Below the pieces are notes generated by a model that searched no databases, was not told the origin of the DNA, and saw nothing but the letters and a program-made list of their open reading frames with translations. The position numbers and the translations under genes are program-made. Below are positions 1 to 12,154 of a stretch of 64,000 nt of DNA, piece by piece. Source of the stretch: Hormiphora californensis. Lineage: Eukaryota > Animalia > Ctenophora. The stretch spans positions 7,130,001 to 7,194,000 of the forward strand of contig CM035351.1 of NCBI GenBank assembly GCA_020137815.1. The letters are read 5' to 3'. Numbering within the stretch: the stretch's first letter is position 1; every line of letters begins with the position of its first letter.

Positions 1-424
1 CCCCGGATATATTACTGGCTGCTTCCCAAGACAGTACAATTGTGGATTCCGCACGGTCCAATTATGTCCAAATGGTAATTAATTAAAGAGTCGGTCGTGA
101 GTTCCGGGTTTGTGGGTAAATGCACACTTTTGGCTTCACAATTTATTGAGAGAGAAAGAAAATTTCATTTGGGAACTGTCTCTTTCTAGGAAAGATGCTG
201 ATGGCGGGTAGCGAATTGTGAGATGCAGTGACCACCGTGCCACACTGTGGAAATATGGTGGCTGTTATGTCATGTGGTTAGAGCTCATGGAGCGTGACAA
301 TTGTGTTCGTGAGTTATAATAACCAGTTTAAATCACACGTGCATTATAATTCACACATGATAATTCACACATAACGTAACGTTATAGCACAGTGTAAGGT
401 ATCATATCACAGCTCAACACCCAC

Positions 425-2823
425 CTATCCCATCCTCCAGTGACACACTGGTATTTGTTGTCCGGTGAGAACCTGACACACGTGGCCCTCTGTTTGTGTC
501 CCACTTCCTCGGCCTCCTGGAACTCCTCGTCAGACACAGTCCCCACATTCCTTATGTACTCAGCCCTCAGCGCGTCATATACCTGTAGGATAATAGAGTG
601 GTGAAGCCATGGCACTATAGCTGTAGTAGTAGGCTTGGTGGTCCTGTTTTTAGGTGTATTGCTATTATCAACTGGTACTGTGCCCGGTACCACCTCAAAC
701 ATCTCTCTTCGCGGCAGCAGTGCTTCGAGATCAGTCTTTAGTTCAATTCATAGAATAATGCGTTTGATCTGTATAATATATCTGACAAGTAGCTAGTCTA
801 TTCATTCCAAGCAGTGCAGGTGTTATAGCGGGAAGTTGCCAAGGAGATATCCTCCAAATATACTCCTTCATCAAATTGTCTACATGAACTGTAGCAGCAA
901 CTACTTCACATGCACTACCTGTATCTGGCGGTTATCCAGTAGGCACACATGGTAATTCTCTGATGTGTCTAGACTGTATATGGCATGATCGAGTTGTACA
1001 GATCCCCCCTCCTTCAATGTATCCTCATCATCAAACACAAAGTTCTTTATAAACCCATCCGCCGTCCCTGCAGGGGATACAATGATTAAACAATCCGCCG
1101 TCCCTGTGCATGGATCATAGAGTGATATAAAACAAATCCAGTGAGAGGATTAGAAGTTAGTTAGATAGTTCAATTATAATACAACGTACCTGCAACGATT
1201 CTGTGTTGTGAGGAGCCAACGTAATCTCTGATGCACGTCACTGGCATTCTGTCTGGTGTCGCCTGAAAAGAGTATTGGCACGTACAATACCACGTACAAT
1301 ATCACGTACAATACCACGTACAGTATGTTACCACATACAGAAGCCACATATTAAAACTAAATGTTGGTATTTAGGAAAAGCAGATACAGAAACACTGCAT
1401 TATAGGTTTGGAAAGCGATTAAAGCTCTGACACACACACACACACACAGATTACTATAGAGAAATTTCTGGGCTGTTTACCTGGACAGAGTGTGTTTGTT
1501 TGGTCGTCTGTGTGTTGTGAACATTGAACCTTCCATTCCCGAACCCCAGGGCGATATGGTGGGGCTTCTTTAGGAAGTTCATCGTGTATAGACCCATAGA
1601 GGGAGATGCAACATAGATCCGCTGTTGGTTCTCTAATAAATCCAAACATGGTTTCTCCCTGGACTCCAGGACTTCCGGGTCTTCATTCTTTGAGGCTTTA
1701 TACAAATCAGGAAACAGCACACCCACGTCTACCTGCGGAGAATGTGTGTTTTGTAAGGTGTAGGGTACGAGATAAAACAAGTTTCAGATCATTCTGACAG
1801 GCATTTCTTGGTGAAAATCCTAAGAGGCCATCATTACCGGCTAGTCAGGTTTATCTTTATTTGAATTCTGAAGTGCATTGTGCGGTTAGATCTAGACTGT
1901 ATAATTGTCTGTCGCTGCAGATCAGATCTTCTCTCTCTCTATTAGACAGGAGATTGGGTACGTCGCGCCGTTCTGTGTCCGAGGGGAGTCGTGATCCCTG
2001 AACATAGCTGGGCGTTTGGTGACATTGACACCTAGTGTGTGTGAGCTCAATCTTGGTCGCGCACGGTGTCTATGTCACCAAGCTGGGCGTGCCGTTCCCA
2101 AGATATAATAATTTCCGGTTTAGTACGCATGGTTAGGCGTGGTGGTTAGTGGAACCGGTAGAGCCTAATGAGTTGAGTAAGGTGAACTATTGGTCTTTTA
2201 GACTCTACGTTCTAGTCTCTTCATAAGTGATTAGATAGCACGCATTACGTCAAACATAGTAAGAAGTTTAAGATATTTAATAATATTTTGATATCGCCTT
2301 TATGCTGCTGCATGATAAACGATAATGCATTGATCACACCTTCACTCCGAGTGAAATGCGTCTCTCAAGAGAGTCTCTCAAGGGAAGTCTTCAACACACT
2401 TCTTCTCTAGTGTTCATTTCCCATGAATGTGCATCAGCCGTGAGGGGGTATTCTTTCCACAGGTTCTTAAACCGTTCTTAAACCTCTCAACTGATACACA
2501 CTATCTCTCACTACACTATTATAAAAAGCTAGTTAGATGTGCATCTAGTGATACTACATCTACGTAGGAGGTCTCTCTCCCATCGAGCTAGATAAAATAT
2601 CTCCAGTATAGATGAATGGAAGTTGCTAGAAATGAACAAAGAACTAACTTGCCAAAAGGTTTCAGTCATGATATTTATCAATTATTTGAACAACTAAAAG
2701 ACAAGAGGAGGAGAATGAGTATAACTCTGCTACTTGGAGGAGGAGGAGGAGGAGGGGACACATATGATTATTGCATGTCAAAACACCACCACCTTCAGCT
2801 ATCTCTCTATCATTCCTCTCTTA

Positions 2824-2854
<31 letters not shown>

Positions 2855-2881
2855 AACTCTCTCTCTATCATTCCTCTCTTA

Positions 2882-2916
<35 letters not shown>

Positions 2917-2969
2917 TTCCTCTCTTACAGATCTCTCTCTCTCTCTCTCTCTCTATCATTCCTCTCTTA

Positions 2970-3065
<96 letters not shown>

Positions 3066-4042
3066 CCGTGATCTTCTATGATCCTGCCGTGATTTCTACC
3101 TCTGATTCTTTCGCATTGTTCCTTCTAGTAGAGAAGCTTTTCTCTCTCACTTTAGATTCTCAGCCTCTGATCCCCTCTTTCTCAATATAATTTCTATCTG
3201 CCTGTACCTCCGCGAGTCAGTCACTATAACTCACTAGGATAGAGTAGGATCCCATTACAACAGCTACAATAGCATCCCAGACGGCTCAATCTACATGGGC
3301 TTGAATAAGATTTTCCACGCAATAGGGTACGAGCAGTTCAACGAAATAAATTATTTTTCCAGCAATAAAGAAGGGTATTAATAGAAGTTAGACCTATGTT
3401 GATTACTTTTGGTCGCGTGCATAGTTAAAACATATCCGTGACAAGTGTCATGCAAGTCACTAAAAAACCTAATTTTCATGCGGTGGAAGCGGGCAACCGA
3501 CAAAGAGAGCAGTTCGGGGAATTCTCGAGTAGATCATGTGCATATTTATATAGGTTCGTATATATCAAGCATGAGAGAGGTATCACGTACATGTTAAAAG
3601 ATATCATATGTTATACTAGCCATACAGTCAAGGAAGATTCTTAAAGGATGCTAGTGCATTCGAGGGGGCAGGAGCTCCCTGTCACAGCAGTTGTATAGAT
3701 CAGAGTCCAGAGAGATATAGCTGTGTGGGGCTAACACTTGTAACAAACTACTGTTACAACCCTCCTGGCTCCTATTATATGATTCCCATGATACACGCTG
3801 TGTTACGTGGAGCAACATGAACAATTTAAAAAAAATAATTTCTAGGTGGATTAATTCGCGAATCGCGGATAAATTCTCGAAGTGACTGTGAATTGTGAAA
3901 GTGCAGTGATCCTTGTCAGTGCTTGTGCATTATCCTAATGAGGATGAAAACCTGAACTTACCCGGGACCAAGCTGAGGTAGTGGGTGCCATTCTCTTAAA
4001 AACCACCTCCTTCACCTTTCCCCATCTCGAGCCTTTTCTCAT
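425..4042 (-). CDS. WD40-repeat protein, multi-exon, 3' end not resolved (probably continues off the left edge)
   Basis: GT-AG exons at about 1481-1732, 1190-1262, 919-1066 and 425-582 join in frame: ...HIALGFGNGRF..., ...RMPVTCIRDY..., ...HAIYSLDTS..., GHKQRATCVRFSPDNKYQCVTGGWDR (GH...WD repeat). A tentative first exon lies at 3962-4042 (MRKGSRWG...AWSR|gtaagt). Confidence 0.7.
2801..3066. repeat. (CT)n microsatellite interrupted by about 4 copies of ATCATTCCTCTCTTACAGAT
   Basis: Directly visible. Confidence 0.95.
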
Positions 4043-4456
4043 GGTAGCTACTAAAAGCAATTAGTAATGAACAAATGATTGGTATTATCCGTTTGGCAGT
4101 AACTATCCAATTTTAGGTGTCAAAACGGCAAGAATGTGTCCGTAACTTTATAGTCGTAACTTTATTAGTCGGGAAGTTTGGTCAGTTATCAAATGGCAAA
4201 AGATGGTCGATGTCCATGTCAAAGCGTGTAGATCAAACGCCTAAACTGTGGGATTTCTTTACCTCATATGCAAGTACATACTGTGGTTTCAGAAAATGTT
4301 CTAACGAATGTTTCAAAAGAGTTGGATGATAGAGTACAAAACACTCACAGTCTAAACGCATGCAGCACTGCAATGTGGTATCAGAAACTGGTAAATGTGT
4401 TACAAGCAAAGGACTGCGTGCTAAAAGTAACCAATACTATTCTTTGTAAAAAGCAT

Positions 4457-4671
<215 letters not shown>

Positions 4672-6448
4672 TATCAATTGTGAATTGCACAGTTGTTGAT
4701 TTTAAAAGAACAACATCTAAAGCTAATCAGTCTCCTCATTTTACTCTCTGTTAGTAGTCTCTATTTCTCTCTCCGTTTCAATAGACAATGCATTTCTCTC
4801 GTCCTCCTTTCTGAGAAAGGTTCTCTCTTTTCGGTCTCCTTTCGTCCTATCCTTTCTATTTTCCAATTCGTTTTTCTCTCTCTCTCGAACTCTCTCTCTC
4901 TGCAGATCTCTATGCCTTTGCTTATCAATCACAGTTAGCGTGCAAGTGATCTAAAAAGAAGCTGCTGAGTGCTGCTGCTGCTGCTGTGGTCAATATTGAA
5001 CAACTCACGAAGTAGCAGGCTACTCACTCAAAACATTGTATTTCACAACAAGGATTCAACAAAAACTTTAGAGTTTGGCTTTTCACCCAGTTGTCGAGTA
5101 AACTTGGGTGGCTGATGAGAGCTTGTGAAAAATGCATAACATCATTCTTTCACTATACTAATTGGAAATTTCACTATACTAATTGGAAATTGGTAGAAAG
5201 ATCACAAGCTGCTGTGCTTCAAAGAGCTACTTTAAACATATATCCGGATAATGTACAAAGTGATAAATGATATCAATTCCTGAACTTCCTGTTTAAAGTT
5301 TAGTATAGTAGACAACAGTGGGAAGTAAAGAGGTGAACATAACTGATCTGAAGGCATGATGATCATCTCCATGAAATTCATCGCCGTCCGTCGATGAATT
5401 TCACGGAGATGAAGATTGAAGAAGGAGAAGAAGAGAATATTGCTCTTGCGGATAAGGCACGTGTCTAATTATAACCACGTGTAGACAAGAGAGTATGTGA
5501 AATGTGCCATACCGGTAACTTCCTCGTAAAAACACCGGGAAAGAGTTCAACATAGTCAAAGATTGCTCGATTGGGTGACTCGTGTATCCACTGAGTGGAT
5601 TCCACTCATTATCCCGACCGTATTCCTTGGGTAGCAGTGAGGCACCCTGGCCTAGGACTGTCTACTTTAGATGTACTATTATAACTATAGAGGCAATATA
5701 GAGGCAATATAGAGGCAATAAGACGTCCTAAAGACTCACTGGGAACGCACTGGAGACGTACTCCAGATTCCAAACAATTTTGAGAGTGAGACAAATTTGA
5801 AAGAATGAAACGCAATATACAACTATAAGCGACACACTCCAGACGCGTTATGGACAGGTGAATGGACGGATCAGTGTGGGGCTGTTGTGGCCGTGTTCTC
5901 AACAGCAAGAAGCTCTCTTACATCGGCCCACAGACACCTTGCAGACGCGGCATGCTGGATGAGCTGGGCCCAGCTGTGTTGATCACTACGGCGGCAGGTC
6001 CAAGCAGCAATATCCATCATTGCATCGGAACATAATATGTGTGCATATTACCAGTATATTGGTGAAGCTGCCGTGCAGTACCTGTATACTACATATAATG
6101 CGGGCTTGGCATGAGATCTTGATCCGATGTAGATCATGTAAATTATAGTAGTGCAGTTGGTTTTTACATCTGATCACTATTATAACTATAATACTGGCCC
6201 AGGGAAATAAAACAAAACAAGTATAACTATAGGAGGAGTAAAAATAGCGGCGCGGCACAGGGGGCTCAGAAGGGAATCAACAAGCAGAAATACAACTTCA
6301 GAATGCAGTCTTGAATTGTAGCCATTTACACTCATCAGTACTGGACTCACGGTGATAGCTTTTATTCATAAGGAGGAAAAATAGTTAAAAGTGAACTCCA
6401 TAGAACATATGACAGTGCTTGAAATCGAGAAAGAAGGATCCCGATCAA

Positions 6449-6931
6449 TCTCTCTGTCTCTGTCTCTGTCTCTGTCTCTGTCTCTGTCTCTGTCTCTGTC
6501 TCTGTCTCTGTCTCTGTCTCTGTCTCTGTCTCTGTCTCTGTCTCTGTCTCTGTCTCTGTCTCTGTCTCTGTCTCTGTCTCTGTCTCTGTCTCTGTCTCTG
6601 TCTCTGTCTCTGTCTCTGTCTCTGTCTCTGTCTCTGTCTCTGTCTCTGTCTCTGTCTCTGTCTCTGTCTCTGTCTCTGTCTCTGTCTCTGTCTCTGTCTC
6701 TGTCTCTGTCTCTGTCTCTGTCTCTGTCTCTGTCTCTGTCTCTGTCTCTGTCTCTGTCTCTCGTCCCGTTGTCCCTTTGTCCCTCTGTCCCCCTGTCCCC
6801 CTGTCCCCCTGTCCCCCTGTCCCCCTGTCCCCCTGTCCTTCTGTCTTTATGTCCCTATGTCCCTTTGTCCCTCTGTCCCCCTGTCCTCCTGTCCCTGTCT
6901 CTCTGTCCCATTGTATCTTTGTCCCTCTGTC
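6449..6931. repeat. (TCTCTG)n hexamer array followed by a degenerate (TGTCCCCC)n octamer array
   Basis: Directly visible; accounts for the ET/SL/CL pseudo-ORFs in the ORF track. Confidence 0.95.
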
Positions 6932-7549
6932 CATCTCGACTTTGTAACTAAAAACTGAACTTATCTTTAATTAATGCGCGCGTTTTATTTGCGCGTTACT
7001 TATGCGCGGCGTCCCAAAAATTTATTTTGCGGATCTAATCGAGAAAACGAGAAATTCGAGTTGGTCAAGTTTCATTTTTTACTTTCTTCGCAAGCGTCAA
7101 ATCTCGCCTCGTGACTCATGTTAGGGCTTGGTTAGGGCTATGACGCTTTGTTTGATGTAATCCGTTAGTTTAATCGATTATTTATCAGATACCATTTGTC
7201 TCAGATTACCAAAAATTGCCCTCAAAATCTCCAAAGTTTCAGGGGGGTTTCGCCCATTTACCACAGCCGGGCCTTCCACCTTGTGCTGTGACGTGTGACT
7301 TATTATTTGTGCGTACCAAGCTCAACACACGGTTGAGTTGTTTTTTGATATTATGACGTGACGTGTGTAGCTTGTCAGAAAATCACTGCAACATATTTCG
7401 GATGCATGTGAAGTTGTTACAACTGCCTTTTCTCTTCCACATCGGACACATTATCTGCTGAAGGCTCCTTTCCCACCCTGAATCCCAGTTAGCTACATGA
7501 TCACTACCAATTACTAACCAATATATCACCCATTAGTGTTGGTAATACC

Positions 7550-9097
7550 ATGGCACAGGCCTGTACTGTTCCAATGAACTTTGGCAGGAGTTATCTGGAT
7601 TTCAAGGGGCTAAACGACCTGGAGTTTACCTGTAGAGGTGGAGAAATTGTCCAGACGAGTTCCTTCCCCATGGCCCTGAACAGTCCAGTATTACGGGAAC
7701 TAGTTGGAACACAACTCAACAAGGGTCTGGACATGGAGGATTTTTCATATTCCTCCGTGCTCTGTTTTGTAGAGTCGTGCTATGCTGGTTCCCTAGTTTT
7801 ACACCGTGATAACTTTCGTGAAATCAACAAGTTGAGTGTGGTGTTCAACGTCTCTTGGATGGAGGAGGAGTGCCTCAAGTTTTATACCGGCCTTTGTGAT
7901 GGACTATCCTCAACCTCTCACGAAATGTTCTGGTTTCTGTTTGGAGAGGCAGAGTACATTCTGAAGGAACGGAACGAGAAATGTCTGCAGGAGATTCTGA
8001 ACACCCGTTTAGATTCTCTACCCAGTCTGAGATCGGATGGGATCCAAGTGTTCCTGGCAGGAGATCCTAACAAGCAAGAGATGGTCACCACTGATCTGTG
8101 TATTTCACTAGCGGGAGAATCAACTCCATATCTTTACAATTGGCTGGTTACTACCATCGAGGAGAGGACTTCACCAACCAATCTTACAGGAGTTGAGAAA
8201 CTGTTTCTGAATGCGAGATCGCTTACAGACTGTTTCCACCTTGAAGAAGCACTGTATAAGAGGCTGGTTAAATCTCTTCAGAGGTGTTTATCAAAAGAAG
8301 ATCTTGGAACCCTGTTCTCAATATTTACCGAAATCCCTCTCTATCCTGCCAGCCAATTTTCGAAATTATCAAAAGTTACTGGAGAGGAATTCAAACTGGT
8401 CTATCCCATTGAGCTTGGCGAACCGTGGCCCAACCAAGTTTCTGTGGAAAATGATCGGCTGTCTAATTTTACGCAACAAAAGCATGACAAATTCAATGAA
8501 TGTTTTTACAAGCTCACTTATAACAATCCCAGAGTTAAGTCATGTACCATGCTTTTAAGTTGCTTATCCTTCCTTTCAAAATCACGTCCCGAGCTCTTAA
8601 TACGGTACATGGATCAAATCTGTGCTGCTTTGCTGACAAAGTGTGGGAAGGAGTGCATTTCAACAGGACTGTGGTGTCATAATCATTCAGTTATTTCTGA
8701 TTATATCCGTAACCCAAAACCAACCGCAACAAACAGGCAGGTTCGTGTTTTGTGTGGCCGATACAACAAGCCGCCTTTCCATTATTCAGATGTTTTATAT
8801 TTAGCTGGTGATGACGATCATAAAAGCTATAAAGTGATATTTTCGATAAGTGTAACAGATGAAAAAAAGTGGCCTAAGTTTACTCTTGAGCTTAAAGAGA
8901 ATTTCCATGTAAATGAGGAAGATTATGATGTTCAACTCATCAAGGATATTAGGGCTCGTGTACTATTTAGGCATTTGTGCATTTATGATAGAAAGAACAA
9001 GCCCCTCCATGTGTGCTATGAAGGAAACTCTTCGTCGTGTAGAGAATTATATGAAGACTGGAAGCTCAAAGGCGTGATAGTTACGGTTATGTGTTGA
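7550..9097 (+). CDS. Single-exon 515 aa protein with an N-terminal BTB/POZ-like domain
   Basis: Long open frame. N-terminus DLEFTCRGGEIVQTSSFPMALNSPVL...MEDFSYSSVLCFVESCYAGSL...NFREINKLSVVFNVSWMEEECLKF follows the BTB pattern. A TACTAAC branch-like motif and TAG acceptor lie just upstream of the ATG. Confidence 0.75.
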   Translation: MAQACTVPMNFGRSYLDFKGLNDLEFTCRGGEIVQTSSFPMALNSPVLRELVGTQLNKGLDMEDFSYSSVLCFVESCYAGSLVLHRDNFREINKLSVVFNVSWMEEECLKFYTGLCDGLSSTSHEMFWFLFGEAEYILKERNEKCLQEILNTRLDSLPSLRSDGIQVFLAGDPNKQEMVTTDLCISLAGESTPYLYNWLVTTIEERTSPTNLTGVEKLFLNARSLTDCFHLEEALYKRLVKSLQRCLSKEDLGTLFSIFTEIPLYPASQFSKLSKVTGEEFKLVYPIELGEPWPNQVSVENDRLSNFTQQKHDKFNECFYKLTYNNPRVKSCTMLLSCLSFLSKSRPELLIRYMDQICAALLTKCGKECISTGLWCHNHSVISDYIRNPKPTATNRQVRVLCGRYNKPPFHYSDVLYLAGDDDHKSYKVIFSISVTDEKKWPKFTLELKENFHVNEEDYDVQLIKDIRARVLFRHLCIYDRKNKPLHVCYEGNSSSCRELYEDWKLKGVIVTVMC

Positions 9098-9605
9098 GTT
9101 CTTGGTTCTTCAATCTTCATAGTAATTTGTCCATTACAATACACCTTCAGAAGGCAGTTCGATTGTGCCTGATTAATAATCAAATTTAAACGCAAAAGTT
9201 ATAACTTTCAATTTAAGCGTTTTAAATTGATCATTACTTATGAATATGCATATTTTCTTTTTTTAATTTTCTACTTTTTTAAAAACCACATACCGTAAAT
9301 TATATTTTATCTAAGACAGCTGTAGCTGCTGGATGTTTTATATAACTGACCTTTTTAAGATAGATTTTGTACGGGTGTTTTAAGTGTTTCAAATCTATGG
9401 ACTTTAAATCCATCTTTTTAGTTTTCATTTTCTCTTTCTTTATAGGACAATGCAGTGTGTAAATTTAGCTTCCCTCTGCCTATAACACACGCTTGTCCCC
9501 TCCTCCCTCCCTCTCTCTCCTATCCCTTACACAATCGTTACTTGTTTACATAACTCACCAATCTCTTCCCATAGTAACACCATGGCACAAGCCTGATCCA
9601 GGGTA

Positions 9606-9813
9606 GTAGGAGCGCTTAAATCAGTTCGCACCAAACGTCGGGCACCACCCTTTTTGTGCATTGTCATAGCTCCTTCATTTCACCTCCAATTAAAAAATGA
9701 CCTTCAAGTTTTCGAAAGATTTCTTCGAGATCTACAAAAAACTTGAGAGTCACAGTAACCTAAATTACGGGTGGCGTGCGAGCTTTGCACGTGTATGCTC
9801 TAAGCGCTCCTAC
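9606..9813. mobile_element. Small MITE with TA target duplication (Tc1/mariner/Stowaway-like)
   Basis: TA|GTAGGAGCGCTTA ... TAAGCGCTCCTAC|TA terminal inverted repeats. Confidence 0.55.
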
Positions 9814-10032
9814 TAGAGGCCAAATTCCAGTACACCACGCCACCGACTAACAGCCATTTCTAGTGTAACAAGAATTATTTGCATTATGTATCCATAATGC
9901 TACGTTTCCCTGCCCTCTTCGATTTGCCATTCAACTCGCCCAACGAGTAAGCTGTCCGCAAAATGGGGATTTGTGTTTTTCGAATTTTTGAACAAAACGC
10001 AGAACAGATTTTTCAATTTCTCCATTTTGAGT

Positions 10033-10034
<2 letters not shown>

Positions 10035-10127
<93 letters not shown>
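10035..10127. repeat. (CA)n microsatellite
   Basis: Directly visible. Confidence 0.95.
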
Positions 10128-10131
<4 letters not shown>

Positions 10132-10350
10132 GCAAGCTCAATTTAGCTATTCACCGGCTGGGTATAGGGATGAGGTACTGGCAAGATATAGTGGGATCGC
10201 TACTGCCGGGCGCCGTTACGATCTGGGTGTTTGGAGGCCTGTTTACAGGTGCACGCTGCCAAAAAAGTTGATTCACTAAAATGGCTCTAACCGCTAAACC
10301 ACTCAACCGTTTTGACTGATTCAAAGTTTATCTGGTAGGGAATGTCAAGG

Positions 10351-10408
10351 CCTAACCCAAACCCAAACCCCAACCCTAACCCTAACCCTACTTTAGCCCT
10401 AACCCTAA
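10351..10408. repeat. Degenerate interstitial telomere-like (CCCTAA)n tract
   Basis: cctaacccaaacccaaaccccaaccctaaccctaaccctactttagccctaaccctaa. Confidence 0.7.
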
Positions 10409-10921
10409 AAAACCGTTTGTCAGCACTCCCAAAACATCCAGATTTTAACGTTGGCCGCTACTGCCCAGTGCCCACATGACAATTCTCCATTTTCCCCAAT
10501 CAAAACGCCTGGCCGATATAAAACAAATTTTGCCACGCGTTACAGTTTATAGCCGCGCGCCCCTCATAAAATTTCAATTGTTTGTGCGCACGCATTTTAC
10601 TCCGCAAGTGTCAGATCGCGCGCGCCGCGAGGTTGCCCCTCGCAACGAAAGTGTGACCAAAAAGGTCCCTCTACCGATTAGTTAGTATACCAAAATGTCG
10701 TTTTCGAATTCTAACCCTGCTATGCCTTTTTACAAAGTAAAAAGGCATCCGGGTGAATGCCTTCGGCATTCACCCGGGCAGGGAAAAAATCGAAAGTGTA
10801 GTATGTTGTTTTTAAATAAAGTACTTTTAAATGTATGATATTGTTTTACTCTCAAGCTCACATTCATTCTTTCTCAAGACTCAAACTTTTAACTTTCAAT
10901 CAAACTTCATTACCTTCCCTA

Positions 10922-11242
10922 CACCCTGAATCGCAGTTAGCTACATGATCAATACCAATTACTAACCAATATATCACCCATTAGTGTTGGTAATACCATG
11001 GCACAGGCATGTACTGTTCCAATGAACTTTGGCAGGAGTTATCTGGATTTCAAGGGGCTGAACGACCTGGAGTTTACCTGTAGAGGTGGAGAAATTGTCC
11101 AGACGAGTTCCTTCCCCATGGCCCTGAACAGTCCAGTATTACGGGAACTAGTTGGAACACAACTCAACAAGGGTCTGGACATGGAGGATTTTTCACATTC
11201 CTCCGTGCTCTGTTTTGTAGAGTCGTGCTAAAGCTGGTTCCC
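10922..11242 (+). pseudogene. Truncated near-identical duplicate of the 5' end of the BTB-like gene (7474-7793)
   Basis: About 320 bp match including upstream sequence; TAT->TAA nonsense change at codon 78; homology stops abruptly at about 11242. Confidence 0.9.
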
Positions 11243-11870
11243 CCCTTTTCCCCTATAACTTTCTAAAACCCCTAATTTGGTCCACCCTTTGGAAAAAAAA
11301 AATCTCTACACTACAGCCTGAATCCCTTCCACTGGTTCAGATAAACCAACGCCCAACCCACCCCCCCCTCGGTTTAGTTTGGAACAATGGACCCTCTTCC
11401 TAGATGGTGTGCTCAACCCACGTGACGTTGATCTCTACTGATCTGTTAGAATGTAAAAGTTGTTTTAGAGCGATGATTGATCATTGATCATCTCTTTTTA
11501 TTACTAAACCAAGATGTCTGTCTGTCTACTACCCGTCCGTCTGTCTGTCTGTCTGTTGTCTGTCTGTCTGTCTGTCTGTCGTCCTTCTGTCTGTCTCTGT
11601 CTGTCTGGTCCCTGTCTGTCTGTTGTCTGTCTCTCCAACCTTCATATTTGTAGCCAGATTAATATTGTATTTATGACACTTTTTTAAAAAAAAATTTCTG
11701 ACCCACGCTCCTCTCTCTCCTCTCTCTCTGTCTTCTATCTCTTCAATCTCTATCTCTAATCTCCTCGCCTCTCCTCTCTCTCTTACATCTCATCTCCCCT
11801 CCGACTCTCTCTCTCTCTCTCTCTCTTCTAATGACTCCATAAGCATCATCACAGGGACTATACACCCTCT

Positions 11871-11892
11871 CCTCTCTCTCTCCTCTCCCCTT

Positions 11893-11983
<91 letters not shown>
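11871..11983. repeat. (CT)n microsatellite
   Basis: Directly visible. Confidence 0.9.
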
Positions 11984-11986
<3 letters not shown>

Positions 11987-12154
11987 CGTTCTCTTTCTTG
12001 ACGTAGGTAAGACACCTGCCTCAGCTAATATTAAAAGACAAAGTACTTCGACCCATTTAGTTTCTCTCCTTGACATATATTGATGCGTTCCTACTGACCA
12101 TGTATATGTTCACAAGCTTGAAATACCTCATTCTACTAATCCTAATCTATGCAG

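Noticed and set aside
5363-5412. 21 bp-arm hairpin resembling a pre-miRNA
   Set aside because: Isolated and short, with no expression evidence; equally explained as a decayed MITE or local inversion.
12007-12042. Additional upstream polymerase exon (GKTPASANIKRQ)
   Set aside because: Phase-compatible, but the donor (gtactt) is weak and no start codon could be linked, so it was left out of the model.
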